Shown here piece after piece: positions 1 to 7,436 of a stretch of 29,412 nt of DNA (its first letter is position 1; every line of letters starts with the position of its first letter). The notes beneath the pieces were generated by a model, which worked only from the letters and a program-made list of their open reading frames with translations, did no database searches and was not told the DNA's origin. This DNA is from Microcystaceae cyanobacterium (GTDB lineage Bacteria; Cyanobacteriota; Cyanobacteriia; Cyanobacteriales; Microcystaceae), in assembly GCA_041746575.1 (NCBI GenBank), contig JBGTGT010000086.1, positions 1 to 29,412 of the forward strand. Reading direction: 5' to 3'. A program made the translations under genes and the position numbers.

Positions 1-102
1 GTGCTGAAACGCTATATTGAGAAGCAAGACTCACCAGACTTGGGAGTCTCTGGGGTATCGAACCCCATCGCTTCCCCTGGCTCTCATCCCGACGCTCATT
101 AA
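1..102 (+). CDS. tnpA: IS200/IS605-family Y1 (HUH) transposase TnpA, 3' fragment (truncated by window start)
   Basis: Frame 1 reads VLKRYIEKQDSP...DAH*. It carries the YIxxQ catalytic-tyrosine motif typical of the TnpA C-terminus and is followed by a subterminal hairpin. Confidence 0.75.
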   Translation: MLKRYIEKQDSPDLGVSGVSNPIASPGSHPDAH

Positions 103-140
103 ACACGAATAGAGCGCGGGGCTTCCCGCCGAGAAGCTAA
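1..140. mobile_element. End of an IS200/IS605-family element (partial)
   Basis: tnpA tail plus an imperfect hairpin CCCGACGCTCATT-AAACACG-AATAGAGCGCGGG at 88-120. DUF29 host sequence resumes at about 137-141; the exact boundary is uncertain. Confidence 0.65.
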
Positions 141-660
141 ACTGGGAAACGTGAGTTCGACCATCAGAAAATCTACGAGCCTTCTTTATTTAATTTTTTT
201 GTGCAGGGGGTTTGGGAGGCTAGTCCCCCAATCAAGGAATTTGTTTTTCTTTTCCTAATCCCAATGAGAATAGACAAAAGGATTAAGATAATTGCCCTCG
301 TCGAACTCACGTGGGGAAAACCGGCGACAGGAAATTGACTCATTGGGACGACAAGAATATCGAGAATTCGTCAGTCGTTTAAGTGTATTATTAGGACATC
401 TTCTTAAGTGGGAATATCAACCCGAAAAACGTTCCCGTCGTTGGTTTTTAACAATCAGAGAACAGCATCGGGCAACTCGATGGCTTGCGTCAAAATCCTA
501 GCTTAAAATCCTGTCTATCAGAGGCATTCGCTGAGGGATAGGAGAGAGGCGTTGACTTAGCGTTGCGAGGAACAGATTTACCGTTCTTCCCAAAGACTAT
601 CCCTACGCATTTGAGGCAGCAATGTCAGATATTTTTCTTTGTGATACCAATAATGACTGA
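141..660 (+). pseudogene. DUF29-family protein pseudogene (5' end cut off, MITE-interrupted, frameshifted, internal stop)
   Basis: Removing the MITE restores WENRRQEIDSLGRQEYREFVSRLSVLLGHLLKWEYQPEKRSRRW. After a frameshift near 484 it reads LRQNPSLKSCLSEAFAEG*ERGVDLAL, and after a second shift DYPYAFEAAMSDIFL..* ending at 660. These are DUF29 hallmark motifs (HLLKWxYQP, NPSLK). Confidence 0.85.
148..312 (+). mobile_element. MITE copy 1 (165 bp)
   Basis: Perfect 13-bp terminal inverted repeats ACGTGAGTTCGAC (149-161) / GTCGAACTCACGT (300-312), short flanking direct repeat GGGA(AA), no transposase, and a near-identical inverted copy at 20768-20919. Confidence 0.92.
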
Positions 661-693
661 AATTAAGAAATTTCCTCTTCTTACTCCTGCTTC

Positions 694-2094
694 TTAATCC
701 ACTTCACCACCTACCACCACCGATTGTACCCGTAAACTTGGACCCCCACAACCGACTGGCAAACCATTTTGGCCACCTTTACCACATCCGCCCGACTCAT
801 CCCAATAAAAATCATCACCAATCCCTTCAATATTAGCCAAGGTCTTAAAAACATTGCCCGATAACGTCACATCCCGTACAGGTTCGGCAAGCTGACCATT
901 GCGAATCATCCATGCTTCTCCTGCACTAAAGGTAAACATTTCTCCATTTGTCATACCACCCCGCCAATTTTTAGCATATACTCCCTCTTTAATCCCTGTC
1001 AATAAATCTGCAACAGGGGTTTTACCCCGCTCAATCCAAGTATTGGTCATTCTGACGATGGGAGGATAATGATAACTCAGACAACGGGCGTTACCTGTTG
1101 CTTTTTCCCCTAATTTTCCTGCTGTTTCCCGTGAATGGAGACGACCGACTAAAATTCCATCTTTAATCAATTGGGTGGTGGTGGCCGCAACCCCTTCATC
1201 ATCATAAAGATAACTGCCTCGGTGACCTTGTAGTGCCGCTCCGTCATAAATTTGTAAGCTATCTGCTCCAAATCGCTTACCCATGCTCATGACTTCTAAT
1301 AAATCGGGATTTTCATACAACATATCTGCTTCGGAAAGATGGCCAAAGGCCTCGTGGACGAATAAACCCGTTAATATGGGGTCAATGACCACGGTGTAAG
1401 TGTTTCCCTTAACCGAGGGTAACGTTAAAGAATTCACTGCCCGTTGTGCCGCTCCTAACACTTGGGCATCCAAATGGAGTAAATCTTCATATCCTTGGCG
1501 AGATCCCGTGGTTTCCCGTCCTGTTTGTACAGTCTCATTATTTTTTGCGGTAGCAGAGAAGCGCATCTCCATGTCCGACCAACTTTGCTCTAAAATTGTA
1601 CCTTCTGAAGTGACCAGTAGCACCTGCTGACTGCTGTCGCCATAGCGAACGGTGGTGGTGGTAATTTTATCATTGTAAGTACGGAGTAAGTCATCATAGC
1701 GATCGCAGAGAGCTTTTTTCACCTGTAATGGAATATCACGAGGATTTGTGCCATTTAAAGGCAATTGGCAAGTAATTTGTACGGGTTCAATGGGTGAGAG
1801 TAAGGTCTCATCTTCGCCAATCTGTTTTGCGGCACTGATAGCCTCTTCTAGTCGTTCTGCCAAAGTTGACAGTTGGTTAAAACTCGCAAAACCCCATCCT
1901 CCTCGGTGACAGACTCTAATTTGTCCCCCCAAAGAGATACCTTCGCTCAGTGTCTCAATTTGACCTCCTCTGAGCAAAATATCCGTTCCCTCTGCCCTTT
2001 CCAGTCGAATCGAGAGAAAGTCGATTGAAGTTCGATGTTTCTGAATTAGTTCAGTTAATACGTTTTTATGCTCAGTTAAAGCCGTTTTAGTCAT
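694..2094 (-). CDS. tldD: TldD/PmbA-family metalloprotease (TldD type)
   Basis: 466 aa with HEAFGHLSEAD, YDDEGV, RMTNTWI and CGKGGQ motifs. Confidence 0.93.
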   Translation of the reverse strand: MTKTALTEHKNVLTELIQKHRTSIDFLSIRLERAEGTDILLRGGQIETLSEGISLGGQIRVCHRGGWGFASFNQLSTLAERLEEAISAAKQIGEDETLLSPIEPVQITCQLPLNGTNPRDIPLQVKKALCDRYDDLLRTYNDKITTTTVRYGDSSQQVLLVTSEGTILEQSWSDMEMRFSATAKNNETVQTGRETTGSRQGYEDLLHLDAQVLGAAQRAVNSLTLPSVKGNTYTVVIDPILTGLFVHEAFGHLSEADMLYENPDLLEVMSMGKRFGADSLQIYDGAALQGHRGSYLYDDEGVAATTTQLIKDGILVGRLHSRETAGKLGEKATGNARCLSYHYPPIVRMTNTWIERGKTPVADLLTGIKEGVYAKNWRGGMTNGEMFTFSAGEAWMIRNGQLAEPVRDVTLSGNVFKTLANIEGIGDDFYWDESGGCGKGGQNGLPVGCGGPSLRVQSVVVGGEVD

Positions 2095-2198
2095 GGTTTT
2101 GCCGTTTCTGTAATGTAAATTTAAGTATCAAAAACGGGGAGCGACCCCTCATTTCTTTAATAATGATAATTGAAGAGAATAAATAGTAAGGTTATCTC

Positions 2199-2717
2199 AT
2201 GTATAGCTTATCTCGTCGTCCCATTAAAGACTTAAACTGGTCAACGCTCATTCTGGCAATTTTAGGCTTTTGGTTAAGTGCCAGCTGTCTCATTGATTTA
2301 TTAATTCTACCTAGTTTATCAGCCGCAGGAATGATGAGTCAAACTGGATTTGCCAGTGCTGGATTTTTACTTTTTGGTATTTTTAATCGTATCGAATTAG
2401 TCTGTGCTTCGCTTGTTTTGTCTGGTTTTCTTGTTTTTCGTCGCCATCATACCCTAAGTCATCTTAAAGAAAATTGGTCAATTGCTTTTGCAAGTCTTTT
2501 ATTCGTCATTCCTCTGTGTTATACTTATTTCTTAACACCTCAAATGGGCGCATTAGGACTACAACTAAACCTCTTTACTTCCTTTAACCCCATGTCTTCA
2601 GCGATGATGGCCTTCCATAGTGGATATTGGCTATTGGAAGGGTTAAAACTATTTACAGGTGTCATGTTAATGCGTTGGTGTTATCAAAGTCTTGTGTCGT
2701 TGGATCATGCCGCTTGA
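2199..2717 (+). CDS. DUF4149-like four-helix membrane protein
   Basis: 172 aa with four hydrophobic segments and FNRIEL / LTPQM / HxxYWxLE motifs typical of the cyanobacterial DUF4149 family. Confidence 0.75.
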   Translation: MYSLSRRPIKDLNWSTLILAILGFWLSASCLIDLLILPSLSAAGMMSQTGFASAGFLLFGIFNRIELVCASLVLSGFLVFRRHHTLSHLKENWSIAFASLLFVIPLCYTYFLTPQMGALGLQLNLFTSFNPMSSAMMAFHSGYWLLEGLKLFTGVMLMRWCYQSLVSLDHAA

Positions 2718-2749
2718 TAGACTAAAGACAGTAGTAGATTTCATAGGAT

Positions 2750-2798
2750 AAGAGAAGCAGATGTCTAAATTAAGAACGTTGCTTCTCTTTTATTTTAT
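2750..2798 (+). terminator. Probable intrinsic terminator between the convergent DUF4149 gene and kaiC
   Basis: Inverted repeat AAGAGAAGCA(G) 2750-2760 / (T)TGCTTCTCTT 2779-2789 followed by TTATTTTA. Confidence 0.55.
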
Positions 2799-2841
2799 TA
2801 ATAGGAATACTCAGAAAACTTTACTATACTATTTTATTTAC

Positions 2842-4404
2842 TCAATGATCGCCGGTTTTATCTTTTACCCCCCGCACAATACGAGATAACTCTGATTTCT
2901 CGTCGATGGCAATCTTGGTCGGTGAACCACTGATAATCCGTTCGTAATTTCGGAAAGAATCTTTAATATCTGCTCCCCCTTGGCTGATGCTGTATTCTCG
3001 AATCCCTTTATCGTGCCATGAACCCCGCATTTTAAAGACGTTAATTGCCCTTGACATTTCGCCTCGGATTTCTACATATTGCAACATAAGAATGGTATCT
3101 GTAATGGTCGAAATATGGGATTCGGTAATAGAATGCGCCCCCATAAATTGATCCGTGGTATTGGTGAAAAAACCGGTAATTTCTTCTTGTTTTGCATAGC
3201 CTGTGACGCCGATAACAAACTGACGAAAGGCATTATTGGTCACGCCACGCGCTAAAGCAGAAAGGGAATCAATCGCAATACGAGACGGTTTAAACTCGGT
3301 GATTTCCGATTTAATCATCTGTAAATGATCCTCTAATCCGGCCGACTCAGGATAAGAACAGAGTAATTTCAATAACCCTTTGTGTTCCATTTCTTCAAAG
3401 TCAATCCCCCAAGAAGAAGCATTCCGAGATAATTGGGCGCGGGACTCTTCATAGGCAAATAAAATTGCCCTTTCTCCTTGGCGACACCCTTCTTCTAAAA
3501 ACTTAGAAACCAGTAATGTTTTCCCTGTTCCCGTTGCCCCTGTTGCCAAAATAATTGAGTCTTTAAAGAATCCGCCGCCGCACATTTCATCAAGGGTTTT
3601 AACACCCGAAGAAATTCGTACATTCGATGAGCGTTGTGTCAAGCGCATTGCTCCCAACGGAAAAATATTAATACCATCGTTAGTAATCGTAAAAGGGTAT
3701 TCCCCCTTCATGTGAGTTGTTCCCCTTAATTTAAGAATTTCAGAGGTACGACGACGACGTTCACCTTCTAAAACGTTGCGGAAAACCACCACATTATCTG
3801 AGACAAATTCTTCGACTCCAAAACGCGCGATCGGCCCATATTCTTCAACTCTTTCGGTTGTCATAATGGACGTAACATTCAATTGCTTTAGACGCGCCAC
3901 CAGACGGAAAATCTCTCGCCGTACCACTGAAGCCGCATCATATTGTTGAAATACTGCTGTAACTGAATCAATTGAAACAAGTTTGGCTTTATACTTACTA
4001 ATGGCATATTGAATCCGCTCGATTAATGCCGATAAATCAAAACTTCCTACTACTTCTTGCCCTTCAGGGTCGGGGGAAGCATCAAGAATAAAAAGTTTGC
4101 CTTCATCAATTAATTTTTCTAAATCCCAACCAAAACTATAGGCATTTTGGATAATATCATAAGGCGATTCTTCAAAGGTAACAAATAGACCGGGATAATC
4201 AAAATAATGAATGCCATGATAAAGAAACTGAACGGCTAAAAGGGTTTTTCCCGTCCCTGACGTCCCACTGACTAAGGTCGTCCTCCCAATCGGCAGTCCC
4301 CCGTGAGTGATTTCATCGAATCCTTCAATCATGGTGCGAATTTTGCGCACCCCTTTCGTGAAATTGTCTGGGGTTGATTCTCCGTTAAGAGGTAAATTTG
4401 CCAT
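2842..4404 (-). CDS. kaiC: Circadian clock ATPase/kinase KaiC (canonical KaiC1 type)
   Basis: 520 aa, two RecA-like domains (GTSGTGKT, GATGTGKT), phosphosite context SHISTITDT, and A-loop/C-tail ERIISGSPT..DEKSELSRIVRGV. Confidence 0.99.
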   Translation of the reverse strand: MANLPLNGESTPDNFTKGVRKIRTMIEGFDEITHGGLPIGRTTLVSGTSGTGKTLLAVQFLYHGIHYFDYPGLFVTFEESPYDIIQNAYSFGWDLEKLIDEGKLFILDASPDPEGQEVVGSFDLSALIERIQYAISKYKAKLVSIDSVTAVFQQYDAASVVRREIFRLVARLKQLNVTSIMTTERVEEYGPIARFGVEEFVSDNVVVFRNVLEGERRRRTSEILKLRGTTHMKGEYPFTITNDGINIFPLGAMRLTQRSSNVRISSGVKTLDEMCGGGFFKDSIILATGATGTGKTLLVSKFLEEGCRQGERAILFAYEESRAQLSRNASSWGIDFEEMEHKGLLKLLCSYPESAGLEDHLQMIKSEITEFKPSRIAIDSLSALARGVTNNAFRQFVIGVTGYAKQEEITGFFTNTTDQFMGAHSITESHISTITDTILMLQYVEIRGEMSRAINVFKMRGSWHDKGIREYSISQGGADIKDSFRNYERIISGSPTKIAIDEKSELSRIVRGVKDKTGDH

Positions 4405-4487
4405 TGCTGTTTTTAGTAATTGTTATCTAGCATTCAATAAATGGAGTTTTAAAGAGACATTTATCTGGCAAAATTATAGCAGAATTT

Positions 4488-4802
4488 TCACTCTTCATGG
4501 GCAGCTTCACGAATTTCTTCATACAACAAATCCAAGCCAATTAAGACTTTTTCTCTGTCAGAAAGATCCCCAATAATTTTTCGGACGGGGGGCGGTAAAA
4601 TTTTAGCTAGGGTGGGAGTGGCTAGAATTTTATCTTCCTCTGCTAGTTGAGGATTCTTAAGAACATCAATTACTTTTAAGGCATAAACGCCCTTGAATTC
4701 TTGTTCTAAGATATTTTTAAGGGTCTTTAAAGCTCTTACTGAGTTAGGAGTATTCCCAGCAACGTATAGCTTAAGAACATAAGTTTTTTTGAAGTTGTTC
4801 AT
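4488..4802 (-). CDS. kaiB: Circadian clock protein KaiB (KaiB1 type, 104 aa)
   Basis: [24 protein letters not shown]...[36 protein letters not shown]. Start placed at ATG 4802 by family length. Confidence 0.98.
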   Translation of the reverse strand: MNNFKKTYVLKLYVAGNTPNSVRALKTLKNILEQEFKGVYALKVIDVLKNPQLAEEDKILATPTLAKILPPPVRKIIGDLSDREKVLIGLDLLYEEIREAAHEE

Positions 4803-5046
4803 TGAGTTAGCAGGGGGGGATGAGGATTCAACAAACGCTATCTTGATAAGGTCGGTCATTGAGTTCTTTCAGTATCAATGGGGAATGATTCAGTAAAAAA
4901 AAGCTGACAGAGCAAAAAGAGCCAGTTTAAAATAAACGCTGACTCTTTTGATTGTATCGATGGTGGGTCATCCTTTGTCGCTTTTTAAGGTTGACTTAAG
5001 CCTTACGCTAAAATGCAGACGATTTAAAAAATTGAAAAGGAAAATC

Positions 5047-5217
5047 TTATTGTAAACCTAGCCACGACAGTAGGCCCTGTCCTGTCAAATATTCGATGAT
5101 TACGGTTAATATGAAGCCAATCATGGCGGCGCGACCATTTAACCGTTCTGCGTAGTCATTAAAGCCGAATTTAGGTTCGTCTAACTTAGGGGTTGGGTTG
5201 GTTTGCGGTTGAGTCAT
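5047..5217 (-). CDS. hliD: High-light-inducible one-helix CAB-like protein (HliD/ScpE-like, 56 aa); not in ORF track
   Basis: Manual translation gives MTQPQTNPTPKLDEPKFGFNDYAERLNGRAAMIGFILTVIIEYLTGQGLLSWLGLQ*, with the ExxNGRxAMxG chlorophyll-binding motif. Confidence 0.93.
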   Translation of the reverse strand: MTQPQTNPTPKLDEPKFGFNDYAERLNGRAAMIGFILTVIIEYLTGQGLLSWLGLQ

Positions 5218-5237
5218 GGTAAGCTAAGATGTTAACT

Positions 5238-5266
5238 GTTACATTTCTTTACTTTGTCATTGTAAC
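5238..5266. promoter_or_regulatory. HLR1-like (RpaB-binding) direct repeat upstream of hli
   Basis: GTTACATT-TC-TTTACTTT at 5238-5255 (10-nt period) plus an inverted half-site GTTACAAT at 5259-5266. HLR1 sites are known at hli promoters. Confidence 0.65.
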
Positions 5267-5311
5267 AATCTTTGTTCACTTTGACGTTATTCATTTTGGG
5301 AGGATGCACCC

Positions 5312-5794
5312 TTGCTAGACGAATCAGCGAAAAAGTCCTTACTGCTGAAAATTCCCCACGGCCTCTACATTTGCGGCGTTCGAGAGGGGAAAGAGATGAA
5401 CGGATTCACCGCCAGTTGGGTGATGCAGTCGTCTTTTACCCCCCCTTTAGTGGTTAATTGCGTGCGAACGGATTCAATTTCCCATGAAATGCTCAAGAAA
5501 ACAGGGGTCTTTAGTTTAAGTTTTCTAGAAGAAGGACAAAAAGACCTAGCCGCCCAGTTCTTTAAGCCAAAACGACGAGTCGGCAATAAATTTGAAGATA
5601 TTGAATTTTATGAAGGGACTGAAACGGGATGCCCCATTATTCAGGATTCTTTGGGTTATCTTGAGTGTCGAGTCGTGGGCGCAGTGGAAAAGGGTGATCA
5701 CACGGTTTTTGTGGGCGAAGTGATTGGGGCAGGTTCACACCGTGACGGCAAACCCTTGTCATTAGAAAGTACAGGCTGGCAATATGGAGGTTAA
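5312..5794 (+). CDS. Flavin reductase-like (DIM6/NTAB) protein
   Basis: 160 aa; NGFTASWVMQSSFTPP and GDHTVFVGEV motifs; GGAGG RBS before the TTG start. Confidence 0.9.
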   Translation: MLDESAKKSLLLKIPHGLYICGVREGKEMNGFTASWVMQSSFTPPLVVNCVRTDSISHEMLKKTGVFSLSFLEEGQKDLAAQFFKPKRRVGNKFEDIEFYEGTETGCPIIQDSLGYLECRVVGAVEKGDHTVFVGEVIGAGSHRDGKPLSLESTGWQYGG

Positions 5795-5814
5795 AAAATA
5801 AAATAGGGATAATC

Positions 5815-6522
5815 TTAAGCAGGGGTTTCTTGTTTATTGAAAATCCCTAATAATAAGGCTAGAACAACCCCAAATACAAAACCTCCGGCATGAGCCCAAT
5901 AGGCAATGCCACCATTTTCCATGCTAATATTCGTCTGTGCGCCCAATGACCCCACTCCATACAATGCCTGCTGGAGAAACCAGAAACCCAAGAAAAAGAT
6001 CGCTGGAATGCGAAAAGTTGTTATAAATAAGCCTAAAGGCACTAAAGTAAGGATATGGGTCTTAGGAAAGCGTAAAATATAGGCTCCCATCACTCCGGCG
6101 ATCGCGCCACTGGCTCCCAGAGAGGGAATGGCGGACATCGGACCGAAATACCATTGACACAAAGCCGCTAAAGCACCGCAAGCTAGGTAAAAAAATAAAA
6201 ACTTAATATGACCTAGTTGTTCTTCAATATTGTTGCCAAAAATCCATAAGAAAAGCATATTCCCACCAACATGAAGAAATCCGCCGTGTAAAAATTGCGA
6301 GGAGATCAGCGTTAGGGCTTCCGGAATCGGTTGTCCGACATCCACCCCTTGAAAACTGGCGGTCAGTTCTTTAGGAACAACAGCGAAAAGTTCAAGAAAC
6401 TGGTCTAATTGACCCGTATTAAGGGTTATCTCGTAGATAAAAATCAGAACATTTAAAATGATCAAACCGTAGGTCACATACGGCGTAATTTGAACGGGGT
6501 TGTCGTCTCGTAAAGGAACCAT
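5815..6522 (-). CDS. Rhomboid-family intramembrane serine protease
   Basis: FLHGGFLHVGGNMLFLWIFG, GASGAIAG (catalytic Ser) and AYWAHAGGF (catalytic His). Confidence 0.95.
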   Translation of the reverse strand: MVPLRDDNPVQITPYVTYGLIILNVLIFIYEITLNTGQLDQFLELFAVVPKELTASFQGVDVGQPIPEALTLISSQFLHGGFLHVGGNMLFLWIFGNNIEEQLGHIKFLFFYLACGALAALCQWYFGPMSAIPSLGASGAIAGVMGAYILRFPKTHILTLVPLGLFITTFRIPAIFFLGFWFLQQALYGVGSLGAQTNISMENGGIAYWAHAGGFVFGVVLALLLGIFNKQETPA

Positions 6523-6646
6523 GGTGATTCAGTCACTCTTATCCATTAATTTGCCCCTATCGTACCAGTAAACTGTAATTCATTAACAGTCATCAAAGGA
6601 CTCAATTGATTATTGATGATTTATATTTTTCTATCCCTTGACTTTA

Positions 6647-7321
6647 TTATTCTCGTAAAACATAACCGACTCCTCTCACCGTTTGAATTAAGCGTTTCTC
6701 TTGACTTTCTTCTAACTTTAGACGGAGGTAACGAATATAAACTTCAATAATATTAGAATCCCCCATAAAATCATAGCCCCACACCCGCTCTAAAATTTGG
6801 TCGCGCGTTAAGACTTGGCGAGGATGACTTAATAAATATTCCAACAATTCAAACTCTTTGGCCGTTAATTCAATTAAGCGATTCCCGCGATAAATTTCTC
6901 TTGTACTACGATTGAGTTTTAAATCACTAAACTGTAATAAATCACGGTTTTCTTCTTGGGTTCGTCGTAAATTGGCGCGAACTCTGGCGAATAATTCTTC
7001 TAAATTAAAGGGCTTAACAATATAATCATCGGCACCTGCATCTAAACCCACTACACGATCGCTAATGTCATCTTTTGCCGTAATAATAATAAGAGGAACT
7101 TGATTACCGGTGGTACGAAGTCGCCGACAAATATCCACTCCCGACATCCCCGGTAACATCCAATCTACTAAAATTAAATCCGGTTGACTTTCTCTGGCTT
7201 TGGTTAAACCCTCTAAACCTTCATAAGCTACCGTCACAGTATAGCCTTCATATTTAAGTTCTAACTCCATAAATTGAGCGAGTTTTCGTTCGTCTTCTAT
7301 GATTAAGATATGAGCAGACAT
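6647..7321 (-). CDS. OmpR/PhoB-family response regulator (no adjacent kinase)
   Basis: Receiver ILIIEDE...DWMLP...GADDYIVKPF plus winged-helix LTAKEFELL...IQTVRGVGYVLR. Start placed at MSAHIL (7321). Confidence 0.93.
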   Translation of the reverse strand: MSAHILIIEDERKLAQFMELELKYEGYTVTVAYEGLEGLTKARESQPDLILVDWMLPGMSGVDICRRLRTTGNQVPLIIITAKDDISDRVVGLDAGADDYIVKPFNLEELFARVRANLRRTQEENRDLLQFSDLKLNRSTREIYRGNRLIELTAKEFELLEYLLSHPRQVLTRDQILERVWGYDFMGDSNIIEVYIRYLRLKLEESQEKRLIQTVRGVGYVLRE

Positions 7322-7436
7322 AACCGTGAACAGTAACCCGTAAATAGTAAACAATAAGCCGAATTCATCACATTGTCCTCGATCTAATCTCCCGATATGA
7401 TATAAAACGAGTAATATTGCTTTTCACACATTTTTC

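Noticed and set aside
4803..4859. 19-aa N-terminal extension of KaiB suggested by the ORF track
   Set aside because: KaiB family similarity begins at [10 protein letters not shown]. The upstream ATG is most likely just the longest-ORF call.
4803..5046. kaiA pseudogene remnant
   Set aside because: Scanning the minus strand by eye, I found no KaiA C-terminal motif such as LIDVIAHLCEMYRRSIP.
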